Shown: positions 8,840 to 17,928 of the stretch, in pieces
How the letters are laid out: every line of letters begins with the position of its first letter
Position numbering within the stretch: the first letter of the stretch is position 1
NCBI GenBank assembly: GCA_963833285.1
Contig: CAWHXM010000004.1
Coordinates: forward strand, 192,481 to 256,480
DNA from: an uncultured Chloroflexia bacterium
GTDB lineage: Bacteria > Chloroflexota > Limnocylindria > Limnocylindrales > CSP1-4
Reading direction: 5' to 3'
DNA length: 64,000 nt
Program-made: the position numbers and the translations under genes
Notes under the pieces: model-generated
Database searches by the model: none
Told to the model about the DNA's origin: nothing
Seen by the model: the letters and a program-made list of their open reading frames with translations, nothing else

Positions 8840-10513
8840 TCAGACCTCGACGACGACCGGGAAGACCATCGGCCGTCGCTTCGTCTGCTCGTAGAGGTAG
8901 CGCGAGACCCCATCCTTGATCTGCGTCTTGAGGAGAGCGATCTCGCTGATGTGGTCGCCCGGCGTGTCGATCGAGGCCATGACCCTTTCGACCGCCTCGT
9001 CCATGATCGGGTCGCGCTCGTTGAGATGGACGAAGCCGCGGGTGATGATCTCGGGCTTGCCGACGATCGACCCCGTCTGCTTGTCGACCGTGACGACGAT
9101 CATGAAGATGCCGTCGTTGGCCAGCGCCCGCCGGTCGCGCAGGACGATGTCGCCGACGTCACCGACCGACAGACCGTCGACGTAGACGTAGCCGGCGGTC
9201 ACCGGTGTGCCACGCCGGGCCGATCCGTCGGCGTAGAGCTCGATCGGCATGCCGTTCTCGATGATGAACACGTTCTCGGGCTCGACCCCGGTCTCGATCG
9301 CCAGCCGGCCGTGCTGGACCTGCATCCGGAACTCGCCGTGCATCGGGATGAAGTGCTTGGGCTTGGTCAGCCCGAGCATCAGCTTCAACTCCTCCTGGCT
9401 CGCATGCCCCGAGACGTGCGCCCGCTTGATCGTGTGGTAGTAGACGTTCGCGCCGGCCTTGAACAGGTTGTCGATCGTGCGCGAGACGTATTCCTCGTTG
9501 CCCGGGATGGGGCTGGCGCTGACGATGACCGTGTCGCCCGGCTGGATCTCGACGAAGCGGTGGTCGCGATTGGCCATCCGCGCGAGCCCGGCCATCGGCT
9601 CGCCCTGGGCGCCGGTCGTGGCGATGACCAGCTGCGCGTCGGGGTGGTCCTTGATCCTGTCCTTCGGGACGATCCGCGACGGATCGTAGGTCAGGTACCC
9701 GAGATCGGTCGCGATCCGGAAGTTCTGCTCCATCGAGCGCCCGATGACCGAGACGTTGCGGTTCATGTCCGCGGCAGCGTCGAGGACTTGCTGGACGCGG
9801 GCGATGTTGCTCGCGAAGGTCGCCACGATGACGCGGCCGGTCAGCGGCTCCATGATCTCGCGGAAGGCGTCGCCGACGGTCCGCTCGGATGGCGTGTAAC
9901 CGGGGTTCTCGGCGCGGGTGGAGTCGGACAGCAGGCAGGCCACGCCCTCCTCGCCGAGCCGGGCGAGGATCGCGAAGTCGGACAGCTTGCCGTCGACCGG
10001 CGTGTGGTCGAACTTGAAGTCACCGGTGTGGACGATCGTCCCGACCGGGGTCCGCAGGGCGATCCCCATCGCGTCGGGGATGGAATGGCCGACGCGGAAC
10101 GGGATGACGTGGAACGCCCCGATGTCGAGCTCGTCGCCGGGCTCCAGCGCGATGAGCGGGTTGTTGTGAAGCTTGTGCTCCTTGATCTTGTTGCCGAGCA
10201 GCCCACGGGCCAGGGTGGACGCGTAGACCGGGACGCCCGGGAACTCCGGCAGCACGTATGGCAGCGCTCCGACGTGGTCCTCGTGGGCATGGGTGATGAG
10301 GAACGCCTTGACATTGGCGCGGCGCTCCTTGAGGTAGCTGATGTCGGGGATGACGAGGTCGATGCCGAACATCTCCTCGTCGGGGAACATCAGCCCGCAG
10401 TCGATGACGACGATCTCGTCGCGGTATTCGAAGACGTACATGTTCTTGCCGATCTCCCCCACCCCGCCGAGCGGGATGATTCGGAGCGGCTGGTCGTTGG
10501 TGGTGGCTGGCAT
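8840..10513 (-). CDS. rnj: ribonuclease J
   Basis: 557 aa. Metallo-beta-lactamase HAHEDHVGALP, beta-CASP and C-terminal domain. N-terminus LRIIPLGGVGEIGKNMYVFEY. Confidence 0.95.
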   Translation of the reverse strand: MPATTNDQPLRIIPLGGVGEIGKNMYVFEYRDEIVVIDCGLMFPDEEMFGIDLVIPDISYLKERRANVKAFLITHAHEDHVGALPYVLPEFPGVPVYASTLARGLLGNKIKEHKLHNNPLIALEPGDELDIGAFHVIPFRVGHSIPDAMGIALRTPVGTIVHTGDFKFDHTPVDGKLSDFAILARLGEEGVACLLSDSTRAENPGYTPSERTVGDAFREIMEPLTGRVIVATFASNIARVQQVLDAAADMNRNVSVIGRSMEQNFRIATDLGYLTYDPSRIVPKDRIKDHPDAQLVIATTGAQGEPMAGLARMANRDHRFVEIQPGDTVIVSASPIPGNEEYVSRTIDNLFKAGANVYYHTIKRAHVSGHASQEELKLMLGLTKPKHFIPMHGEFRMQVQHGRLAIETGVEPENVFIIENGMPIELYADGSARRGTPVTAGYVYVDGLSVGDVGDIVLRDRRALANDGIFMIVVTVDKQTGSIVGKPEIITRGFVHLNERDPIMDEAVERVMASIDTPGDHISEIALLKTQIKDGVSRYLYEQTKRRPMVFPVVVEV

Positions 10514-10532
10514 TCGGTTCCTTGGTATGGGG

Positions 10533-11288
10533 TCAGAAGAGGGTCAATTGGGGAGCCGGATCGTCGGTCGGGGCCGGCGGGTCCGCCGTGTCGGTGACCG
10601 CGGTCGCCTCGGCGGCCGACAGCGCGGTATCGTCGTCGGTGGGCAGTCGGGGCTCGGCCGCGCCGGGGATCGTCTTTCCAGGTGCGACCGCTTCGCGCCG
10701 CCGGCGCGCGTCGAGGAGCGCGGCCGGGACCGCGGCGATGTCGGCGTAGCTCTCACGCTCGATGACGGGCGTCCTGAGCGCGGCTGCCGGGTGGTACATC
10801 GCGAACACCAGCGCCGCCGCGGCGCCGGTCCCCGGATCCACCGGTCGGACGGTCCCATGTGCCTGCGAGATCCGGGCGCCGGGCATGAACGTGCCCATCG
10901 AGTAGCGACCGAGCGTCACGACGACGGCCGGGTCGAGGACCTCCAGCTGGCGCCGCAGGAAGGGCGCGCAGGCCGCGATCTCGTCGGGTTGCGGGTCGCG
11001 GTTCTCCGGCGGCCGGCATTTGACCACGTTCGTGATGAAGACGTCGTCACGCCGCCAGCCGATCGAGGCGAGGAGCTTGACCAGCAGGTCGCCCGCTCGG
11101 CCCACGAACGGGCGCCCCTGACGGTCCTCGTTGAAGCCCGGCCCTTCGCCGACGAAGACGACCTCGGTCTCTGCGTCGCCCTCGCCCGGGACGGCCTTCG
11201 TCCTGGTCTCGTGCAGACGACAGTTCGTGCAGGCTCGGACCTCGGTAGCGATCGCCTCGAGCGCCACGCGGCGCTCGACGTCCGTCAC
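10533..11288 (-). CDS. uracil-DNA glycosylase, family 4, with Ala/Pro-rich C-terminal tail
   Basis: CTNCRLHETRTKAVPGEGDAETEVVFVGEGPG...FVGRAGDLL...MYHPAAALR. GTG start in a GTGA overlap with the asd stop. Confidence 0.88.
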   Translation of the reverse strand: MTDVERRVALEAIATEVRACTNCRLHETRTKAVPGEGDAETEVVFVGEGPGFNEDRQGRPFVGRAGDLLVKLLASIGWRRDDVFITNVVKCRPPENRDPQPDEIAACAPFLRRQLEVLDPAVVVTLGRYSMGTFMPGARISQAHGTVRPVDPGTGAAAALVFAMYHPAAALRTPVIERESYADIAAVPAALLDARRRREAVAPGKTIPGAAEPRLPTDDDTALSAAEATAVTDTADPPAPTDDPAPQLTLF

Positions 11289-12391
11289 GCCGTGGCCTCG
11301 GAGGCGTCCAGGCTGTCGGTGGCTCCGAGGGCGTGATAGGGGCGCGCTCCCCGGTCGGCCGCGGGACGGACCCAGTCACGCTCGCGCAGCAGCTCGGCGA
11401 GCTCGACCGCGTTCGTGGCTGCGCCCTTGCGCAGGTTGTCCGAGACGACCCAGAACGCCAGCCCGCGGCCGTGCGCGATCGACGGGTCGCGTCGGATCCG
11501 GCCGACGAAGATCTCGTCGCGCCCGGCGGCCTCCGTGGCGAGCGGATAGCGGTGCCCGGCCGGGTCGTCCTGGACGATGACCCCGGACACGGCGGCGAAC
11601 AGCGAGCGGGCGCGCTGCGGGGTGATCGGCTCGCGGGTCTCGACGTGGACGGCCTCGGAGTGGCTGACGAAGACCGGGATGCGGACCGCGGTGCACGAGA
11701 TGCGCAGGTCAGGGAGATGGAGGATCTTGCGGTTCTCCGTGACGACCTTCCACTCCTCCCTGGAGTACCCGTTGTCGAGGAAGACGTCGATCTCGGGCAG
11801 CGCGTTGAACGCGATCGGGTGCGGATAGACGCTCGCGACCGGCGCCTCGCCGGCGACGTGCGCGCGGACCTGCGTCTCGAGTTCGGCCAGGGCGTCGGCG
11901 CCGGTGCCCGACACGGACTGGTAGGTGTCGACGACGACCCGTTCGAGCCCGACCGTGTCGCGCAGCGCCATCAGGACCGGGGCCAGCTGCATCGTCGAGC
12001 AATTCGGGTTGGCGACGATGCCCGGGTGGCCCTCGAGGTCGTCCGGGTTGACCTGCGAGACGACGAGCGGGATCGTCGGGTCCATCCGCCAGGCCGAGGA
12101 ATTGTCGACGACGGTCGCGCCGCGAGCGACCGCGGCGGGTGCGAGCTCGCTCGACACGCCGGCGCCGGCCGAGAAGAGCGCGATGTCCACACCCTCGAAG
12201 GCGTCGGGGACGGCCTCGCCGATCTCGAGCGTGCGACCGTCGATGGACACGGTCCGGCCGGCCGACCGCCCGGAGGCGAGCAGGCGCAACTCACCGACCG
12301 GGAATTCCCGCTCGTTGAGGATCTGGATCATCGTCCGTCCAACGACGCCGGTCGCTCCGACGACGGCGACGGTGAGGGGGTCAGGGTTCAT
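11285..12391 (-). CDS. asd: aspartate-semialdehyde dehydrogenase
   Basis: 368 aa. VGATGVVG NAD motif and active-site NPNCSTMQL. Confidence 0.95.
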   Translation of the reverse strand: MNPDPLTVAVVGATGVVGRTMIQILNEREFPVGELRLLASGRSAGRTVSIDGRTLEIGEAVPDAFEGVDIALFSAGAGVSSELAPAAVARGATVVDNSSAWRMDPTIPLVVSQVNPDDLEGHPGIVANPNCSTMQLAPVLMALRDTVGLERVVVDTYQSVSGTGADALAELETQVRAHVAGEAPVASVYPHPIAFNALPEIDVFLDNGYSREEWKVVTENRKILHLPDLRISCTAVRIPVFVSHSEAVHVETREPITPQRARSLFAAVSGVIVQDDPAGHRYPLATEAAGRDEIFVGRIRRDPSIAHGRGLAFWVVSDNLRKGAATNAVELAELLRERDWVRPAADRGARPYHALGATDSLDASEATA

Positions 12392-12440
12392 GGTAAGGCG
12401 CGGCTCCGCTCATCCTGTCGCAGGGTCGGGCACGGGCCGA

Positions 12441-12449
12441 AGTATAGCA
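12441..12449 (-). promoter_or_regulatory. extended -10 promoter element (cTGcTATACT) upstream of asd
   Basis: Minus-strand CTGCTATACT about 50 nt upstream of the asd ATG. It is one member of a recurrent motif (see findings). Confidence 0.45.
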
Positions 12450-12492
12450 GCGGGCCTTCTCCAACCGGCGTCGCAGCCGGTCGTGACCCCGA

Positions 12493-12528
12493 CCGCAAAC
12501 GAACGAGCCGCCGGTCTCCCGGCGGCTC
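12493..12528 (-). terminator. intrinsic terminator candidate downstream of pnp
   Basis: Minus strand GAGCCGCCGG-gaga-CCGGCGGCTC (10-bp perfect stem) followed by GTTCGTTTGC, about 20 nt after the pnp stop. Confidence 0.55.
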
Positions 12529-12550
12529 GCACGTTGTCTCGCGGGGGAAC

Positions 12551-15136
12551 CTACGCGACCGGATCCTTCGCCAGATGACGCTGCATCGCGGCCTTGCGCG
12601 ACAGGTTGATCCGGCCCTGGCGGTCGACCTCGGTCACGACGACCATGACCTCGTCGCCGACGGCGACGACATCCTCGACGGTCGGGACGTGGTAGTCGGC
12701 CAGCTCGCCGATGCGAACCAGGCCTTCCTTGCCCGGCAGGATCTCGACGAATGCGCCGAAGCCCATGATCCGGGTGACCTTGCCGAGATAGAGCGAGCCG
12801 ATCTCGACGTCGCGGGTGAGGCTCTCGATCCAGTTGATCGCCTTCCGGGCGTTCTCGCCGGACACGGCCGCGATCTCCACGGTGCCGTCGTCCTCGACGT
12901 TGATCTCGGTCTGGGTCTCTTCCTGGATCTTGCGGATCATCGATCCGCCCTTTCCGATGATCTCGCGGATCTTCTCGGGGTTGATCTTGATGGTGGTGAT
13001 GCGTGGCGCGAAGTCGCTCATCTCGTGGCGTGCCTCGGGCATGACCTCGGTCATCTTGTCGAGGATCTCGAGCCGGGCCGCGAGGGCCTGTTTGAGACCG
13101 TCGCGGATGATCGCCTCATTGATGCCCTGGACCTTGATGTCCATCTGCAGGGCGGTGATGCCGTCCCGCGTACCGGTCACCTTGAAGTCCATGTCGCCGA
13201 CCGAGTCCTCCTTGCCGAGGATGTCGGTCAGGACGACGAAGCGGCCGTCCGGCTCGCTGATGAGACCCATCGCCGCACCGGCCACCGGGGCCGAGATCGG
13301 CACGCCGGCGTCCATCAGCGCGAGCGTCGAGCCGCACGTCGAGGCCATCGAGGTCGAGCCGTTCGACGACATGCACTCGGACACGAGCCGGATGACGTAC
13401 GGGAAGTCCTCGCTGCTCGGCAGGACCGGGATGAGCGCCCGCTCGGCCAGGTTGCCGTGTCCGATGTCGCGCCGGCTGGGGCCGCGCATCGGCTTGTTCT
13501 CGCCGGTCGAATAGGGCGGGAAGTTATAGTGATGGATGTAGCGCTTCTCGGTCCTGGGGCTGATCGTGTCGATGCGCTGGACGTCCGATGACGAGCCGAG
13601 CGTGGCGATGGTCAGCACCTGGGTCTCGCCGCGGGTGAACAGGCCGGAGCCGTGCGCGCGCGGGAGGACGCCGACGTCGACCGAGATCTGACGCAGCTCG
13701 GTCAGGCCGCGACCGTCCATGCGGATCCCCTCGTCGAGGGCGAGCCGGCGGGCGGTCTTCTTGTTGATGAGGTTGAACAGGGCCTTGCTGACGCGGGCCT
13801 CGCGACGGGCAGCCTCGGCGAGGGCCTTGCTGTCGCCGCCGGTGCGGGTCGCGCGGATCGACTCGGCAATGCCGTCGCGGAGCGCGGCGATGCGACCGGG
13901 AAGGTCGTTGCCGAACCAGATCAGCAGGTTGGCCGTCGCCTCGGCGTCGGGGAGGGCCCGATGCGCCTGGGCGAGCTCGATGCCGAAGAAATGCGACAGC
14001 GTGGGCAGCTTGTAGTTCTCGAGATCCGGATAGCCCTCGCGTGCGATCGTCAGGGTATCGAGGTAGCGACCCGACTCGAAGTGCGTGCCGTCGGCCAGCG
14101 CAGCCTCGATGAAGGCAAGGTCGAACCCGACCGAGTGACCGACGATGATCGAGTCACCGATGAACTTGACCGCGTCCTTTGCGGCGTCGGCCGGCTTCGG
14201 GACCTTCTTGACGTCGGCGTCCGTGATGCCGTGCATCTGGTTGCCGATGATCGGACGGCCCGGGTTGACCAGCGTCGACCATCGGTCGGTGATGACGCCG
14301 CCCTTGACCTTGACCGCGGCGATCTCGAGCAGGTCGGCCATCCCGGGGTCGGTGCCGGTCGTCTCGACGTCGACGATGACGAACTCGTCACCCGCGGCGA
14401 CGCGGTCCGCAAAGTCGAGGACCGTGCCGGTCCCGGCCTCGAGGAACGGCGTGCTCTTGGCCTTGCCGACCGCCTCGCGAAGCTGCTCCTGGATGTCGAT
14501 GAGCGGCTGGAGCGCGCGGTGACCGAACAGGATCGCCTCGGCCATGACGGACTCGGGCAGCAGCTTGGCACCCGCCTCGACCATCATGATCGCGTCGCGG
14601 GTGCCCGCGACGATGAGGTCGAGCTCCGAGTCGGCGAGCTCGCTGTAGGTCGGGTTGACGACGAACTCGCCGCCGATGCGGCCGATCCGGACGGCGCCGA
14701 CCGGGCCGGCGAACGGGATCTCGCTGATCGTCAGCGCGGCCGACGCGGCAACCGTGCCGATGACGTCGGGCTCGTTCTCCTGGTCGGTGGAGAGGACCGT
14801 GATGACGACCTGGATGTCGTCCTTGTAGCCCTCGGGGAAGAGCGGGCGGATCGGGCGGTCGGTCAGGCGGGCGGCCAGGGTTGCCGCCTCGGACGCGCGG
14901 GCCTCACGCTTGATGAAGCCGCCCGGGATCTTGCCCGCGGCGTACATCCGCTCCTCGAACTCGACCGTGAGCGGGAAGAAGTCGAGGCCCGGGCGGGGAT
15001 CGGACCGGTTGGCGGTCCCGAGCACCATGGTGTCGCCGTAACGGACGGTGACGGCGCCGCCGGCGAGGCGGGCGAGCCTGCCGGTCTCGATGGTCAGCGT
15101 TCGACCAGCGAATTGCGTCTCGAAGATCTGAGACAA
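12551..15136 (-). CDS. pnp: polynucleotide phosphorylase (PNPase) with an inserted DEDDh 3'-5' exonuclease domain
   Basis: 861 aa with a TTG start behind AAGGAGGAA. PH1 (aa 1-230), PH2 ([35 protein letters not shown]...), KH ([14 protein letters not shown]) and S1 ([15 protein letters not shown]) are all present. Residues ~251-409 are a DnaQ-like exonuclease module (see finding). Confidence 0.95.
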   Translation of the reverse strand: MSQIFETQFAGRTLTIETGRLARLAGGAVTVRYGDTMVLGTANRSDPRPGLDFFPLTVEFEERMYAAGKIPGGFIKREARASEAATLAARLTDRPIRPLFPEGYKDDIQVVITVLSTDQENEPDVIGTVAASAALTISEIPFAGPVGAVRIGRIGGEFVVNPTYSELADSELDLIVAGTRDAIMMVEAGAKLLPESVMAEAILFGHRALQPLIDIQEQLREAVGKAKSTPFLEAGTGTVLDFADRVAAGDEFVIVDVETTGTDPGMADLLEIAAVKVKGGVITDRWSTLVNPGRPIIGNQMHGITDADVKKVPKPADAAKDAVKFIGDSIIVGHSVGFDLAFIEAALADGTHFESGRYLDTLTIAREGYPDLENYKLPTLSHFFGIELAQAHRALPDAEATANLLIWFGNDLPGRIAALRDGIAESIRATRTGGDSKALAEAARREARVSKALFNLINKKTARRLALDEGIRMDGRGLTELRQISVDVGVLPRAHGSGLFTRGETQVLTIATLGSSSDVQRIDTISPRTEKRYIHHYNFPPYSTGENKPMRGPSRRDIGHGNLAERALIPVLPSSEDFPYVIRLVSECMSSNGSTSMASTCGSTLALMDAGVPISAPVAGAAMGLISEPDGRFVVLTDILGKEDSVGDMDFKVTGTRDGITALQMDIKVQGINEAIIRDGLKQALAARLEILDKMTEVMPEARHEMSDFAPRITTIKINPEKIREIIGKGGSMIRKIQEETQTEINVEDDGTVEIAAVSGENARKAINWIESLTRDVEIGSLYLGKVTRIMGFGAFVEILPGKEGLVRIGELADYHVPTVEDVVAVGDEVMVVVTEVDRQGRINLSRKAAMQRHLAKDPVA

Positions 15137-15143
15137 GGGAAGG

Positions 15144-15175
15144 TTCCTCCTTGGTCGTGGAGGAGGACGACGACC
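15144..15175 (-). promoter_or_regulatory. pnp leader: alternative hairpins that sequester or release the pnp Shine-Dalgarno
   Basis: Minus strand GGTCGT-CGTCCTCCTCC-ACGACC-AAGGAGGAA. GGTCGT/ACGACC can pair, placing the anti-SD in the loop. Alternatively TCCTCC pairs with the SD GGAGGA. Confidence 0.45.
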
Positions 15176-15206
15176 TGCTGCAGATCGGCCGACTGGGCCT
15201 TGGGCG

Positions 15207-15251
15207 CCGGATGCGGCAGGACCCCGGTCTGTGCCGGGGTCCGGATGCGGC
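15207..15251 (-). promoter_or_regulatory. rpsO-pnp intergenic stem-loop flanked by an 11-bp direct repeat
   Basis: GGACCCCGG-6 nt-CCGGGGTCC (15219..15242) flanked by CCGGATGCGGC at 15207..15217 and 15241..15251. There is no U-tract. The position matches the rpsO terminator / pnp processing hairpin known in other bacteria. Confidence 0.5.
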
Positions 15252-15256
15252 GACGC

Positions 15257-15526
15257 CTAGCGGCGGAGTCCGAGTCGTCCGATGACGACCCGGTAGCGCG
15301 CGCTGTCCTTCTTCATCAGGTAGGCGAGAAGGCGGCGGCGCTGGCCGACGAGCTTGAGGAGGCCGCGGCGCGAATGATTGTCTTTGGGGAAGCTCTTGAG
15401 ATGCTCGGTCAGCTCCTTGATCCGCTCCGTCAGGAGCGCGACCTGGACTTCCGGCGATCCGGTGTCACCTTCCTTGGTGGCAAACCCGGTGATGATCTCC
15501 TGCTTCTCTTCCCGCGCGAGCGGCAC
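15257..15526 (-). CDS. rpsO: 30S ribosomal protein S15
   Basis: 89 aa with a GTG start 7 nt after [50 protein letters not shown]...RRRLLAYL. The 368-aa track ORF is only real in its last 89 codons. Confidence 0.95.
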   Translation of the reverse strand: MPLAREEKQEIITGFATKEGDTGSPEVQVALLTERIKELTEHLKSFPKDNHSRRGLLKLVGQRRRLLAYLMKKDSARYRVVIGRLGLRR

Positions 15527-15580
15527 TCGTTCCTCCGAACACGACGTGTTGACGTGATGTCTTCCATCTATGACCGGCGG

Positions 15581-15589
15581 ATGGTAGCA
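15581..15589 (-). promoter_or_regulatory. extended -10 promoter element (gTGcTACCAT) upstream of rpsO
   Basis: Minus-strand GTGCTACCAT about 55 nt upstream of the rpsO GTG. Confidence 0.4.
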
Positions 15590-15724
15590 CGAAGTTGGAA
15601 ACGTGGTCGAAGCCCTTCTCGACAGCCATCGTGCGCCCCAGGGCGGCTTCGGGCGTGGCTCGCCCGAGCATGGCTCGCCCGTCCCGTGCCCGGCCGGGCG
15701 TTCCCATCCGTGTGTCCGCCGCAC

Positions 15725-15775
15725 CGTAGCGTGCGTGGCCCCTGATCGGTGATTGCGACGGGCACGGAGACGCCC
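15725..15775 (+). mobile_element. relic resembling the left end/5' UTR of the IS256-family element at 24.2 kb
   Basis: Shares CGTAGCGTG, then the 12-mer GGTGATTGCGAC, then GGAG(t)ACGCCC in the same order as 24220..24296. There is no transposase ORF downstream. Confidence 0.3.
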
Positions 15776-15840
15776 TGCGAAGCCCTGGCGCCAAGCTAGC
15801 GCGCACGGCGCGCACGAATGAGAACGGGCGACGGCCGCGC

Positions 15841-16275
15841 TCAGCCGGTCGCGATCCGATGGCGCGCCCAGGCATACAGGGCGTCGTACACGGGGAGCTC
15901 CAGCTCGAGCTGACGCCGATCGTCGATCTCGAGCAGGGCGAACCCATCGGCGATGGCGAGCAGGCCGGCCAATTCGGGGGTCGAGGCGACGTCCTCCGCG
16001 ACGTCCGCGCCATGTACGACCCGCGCCATGAGCCTGAGCGCCGGGTCGTCGAGCCCGTGGTCCGCGATCAGTGTCTCGAACGTGCACATCCCGTCCCGGT
16101 GCGTGTACCGGGCACCTGGGGCGTCGAACGAGATCGCGCCCTCGCGCTCTGCGTAGGCCAGCACGTCGTCGCGCGGGACGTAGACGATCTCGGCCGCTGG
16201 ATCGATGAACGCCCGGATCAACCAGGGGCAGGCGACCCGGTCCGTCCTGGGGTGTTCGCGGGTGACCCATCGCAT
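15841..16275 (-). CDS. chromate-resistance (ChrB C-terminal domain-like) protein
   Basis: 144 aa from ATG 16275. [34 protein letters not shown]...[20 protein letters not shown] resembles the Chrome_Resist domain as I recall it. Confidence 0.55.
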   Translation of the reverse strand: MRWVTREHPRTDRVACPWLIRAFIDPAAEIVYVPRDDVLAYAEREGAISFDAPGARYTHRDGMCTFETLIADHGLDDPALRLMARVVHGADVAEDVASTPELAGLLAIADGFALLEIDDRRQLELELPVYDALYAWARHRIATG

Positions 16276-16361
16276 CGGCTGCTCCTCGTGCGGGCCAGAT
16301 TCGCGTCCGTCCGGTCCACGGTACTGCGACGGCCCGCCCGTCGCTGCGGGACAATGACGAC

Positions 16362-16925
16362 ATGCCGCGACTGACGAGGATCTATACGAAGACCGGCGAC
16401 GAGGGGAGGACCGGACTCGGTGGCGGCCAGCGCGTGCCAAAGGATTCCCAGCGGGTGGAGACTTACGGCACCGTCGACGAGCTCAACTCGCAGATCGGCG
16501 TGGCGCTGGCGACCGGGTTGTGTCAGCGGCTGTCCGGGGAGCTGCGACTCATCCAGAACGAGCTGTTCGATCTGGGGGCGGACCTCGCGACACCCGCCAC
16601 GAGCCAGGCTCGCCACCCCGTCCCCACGGTCGAGCCGCGCCACATCGAGAAGCTCGAAGGGCTCATCGACGAGTTCAACGAGGTGGTCGGGCCGCTCACC
16701 AACTTCCTGCTGCCGGGCGGGGCGCCGGGAGCGGCCCAGCTCCATGTCGCCCGGACGGTCTGTCGCCGGGCCGAGCGGGCGGCCACCACCCTCGCCCGCG
16801 AGGAGACCATCGGCCCGACGGTCCTCCGCTACCTCAACCGGTTGTCCGACGCGCTGTTCGTCATGGCGCGCTACGAGAACCACGAACGTGGCGTCCCCGA
16901 ACCGCTGTGGGAGCCCGGAACCTGA
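16362..16925 (+). CDS. pduO: ATP:cob(I)alamin adenosyltransferase, PduO type
   Basis: 187 aa. [46 protein letters not shown]...LPGG...[12 protein letters not shown]. Confidence 0.9.
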   Translation: MPRLTRIYTKTGDEGRTGLGGGQRVPKDSQRVETYGTVDELNSQIGVALATGLCQRLSGELRLIQNELFDLGADLATPATSQARHPVPTVEPRHIEKLEGLIDEFNEVVGPLTNFLLPGGAPGAAQLHVARTVCRRAERAATTLAREETIGPTVLRYLNRLSDALFVMARYENHERGVPEPLWEPGT

Positions 16926-17152
16926 TGTCGCTGCTGTCGAGGGTCAAGCACTGGTTCGTCGGATCGCCCGACGCCGACGACGCCACGCCGAGCCACGAGC
17001 CGCATGCCCCGCGTCACGAACGTCGCGAGGCCGGCCGCGAGCGCCACCACAAGACCGGCGAGCCGGCCTGGGAGGCGCACGACCGCGTCGACGAGGGCGG
17101 GCGGGGTACGAAGAACCCCGACGCCGCGCCGGAGATCCTCGGCGGCGGCTGA
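16925..17152 (+). CDS. small hydrophilic hypothetical protein (75 aa)
   Basis: ATG overlaps the pduO stop (TGATG). It has no recognisable family and its composition is partly plausible. Weak call. Confidence 0.3.
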   Translation: MSLLSRVKHWFVGSPDADDATPSHEPHAPRHERREAGRERHHKTGEPAWEAHDRVDEGGRGTKNPDAAPEILGGG

Positions 17153-17163
17153 GCCGCGGCCGG

Positions 17164-17922
17164 TCAGCCCGCCCCGAGCTCGACGGTGACCCTTCGTTCG
17201 GCGACCTGGCCGAGCAGGTAGGCGTCCCCGCCCGCGATCTGCAGCGCGAGTGGCTCGCCGTCGACGCGGACGTCGTAGTCGCCGTCGGGCGGCAGGGCGA
17301 TCGGCAGGCCGAAGTCGAGACGCGTCCGTCCGTCGACCGCGCCACCGATCGAGCCGGTGATGGTGACCGGCCGTCCGAGGAGCCTGGCCGCGCCCTCGAG
17401 GTCGCCGCCGGCGATCGCCGCGCGGATCGCCGAGCTCCTGACCTCCTGCCCGTCGAGCGTGAATGGCAGCACGACGACGACATCGAACCCGTCGCGCCCA
17501 CCGAGCTCGGCGAGCGTCGTCGGGGTGCCTCGCCGCTCGTAGCCGAAGGCGGCGTCGGGTGTCATCAGGATGCCGCTCAGGACCACTCCGGCACGGATCC
17601 GTTCGACGAAGGCGTCGTACGGCGTCCGGCGCAGGACGTCGTCGAAATGCTGGACGACCGTGACGGCCACCCCGGCAGCCTCGAGTCGCTCCAGCCGCTC
17701 CTCCGGATCGAGCAGGAGGGCCGGCGCCGTCCCGCGCAGGACCTCGTCCGGGTGGTGGTCGAAGGTGATGACCGTCGGTTGCGCTCGTCGCGCGGCCGCC
17801 TCGGACACGAGATGCTCGAGGAGATAGGCATGTCCGAGGTGCATGCCGTCGAAGACGCCCACCACGACGAACGCAGGCCCGAGCTCGGGTCGAAGCGCAT
17901 CGACCCCCAGGACCACGTCCAT
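17164..17922 (-). CDS. ribF: FAD synthetase (RibF) with shortened, degenerate riboflavin-kinase module
   Basis: 252 aa. FMN adenylyltransferase motifs VGVFDGMHLGHAYLL, VITFDHHP and SSAIRAAI are present. The C-terminal module is only ~72 aa. Confidence 0.8.
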   Translation of the reverse strand: MDVVLGVDALRPELGPAFVVVGVFDGMHLGHAYLLEHLVSEAAARRAQPTVITFDHHPDEVLRGTAPALLLDPEERLERLEAAGVAVTVVQHFDDVLRRTPYDAFVERIRAGVVLSGILMTPDAAFGYERRGTPTTLAELGGRDGFDVVVVLPFTLDGQEVRSSAIRAAIAGGDLEGAARLLGRPVTITGSIGGAVDGRTRLDFGLPIALPPDGDYDVRVDGEPLALQIAGGDAYLLGQVAERRVTVELGAG

Positions 17923-17928
17923 CGCGGG

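Noticed and set aside
13910-14386. PNPase insert as an intein or a mobile-element insertion
   Set aside because: It has no intein boundary residues (no Cys/Ser/Thr start with a His-Asn end plus nucleophile), no inverted repeats and no GC break. Instead it carries the complete DEDDh exonuclease motifs, so it reads as a domain fusion.
15549-15574. Plus-strand TTGACG-14 nt-TATGAC promoter-like pair in the rpsO upstream region
   Set aside because: The spacer is too short (14 nt) and there is no plus-strand gene downstream. The minus-strand GTGCTACCAT element fits rpsO better.
15257-16363. 368-aa ORF containing rpsO
   Set aside because: Only the last 89 codons (GTG 15526 with an SD) are ribosomal protein S15. 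The upstream 279 codons are Arg/Pro-rich and overlap the chrB-like gene frame.
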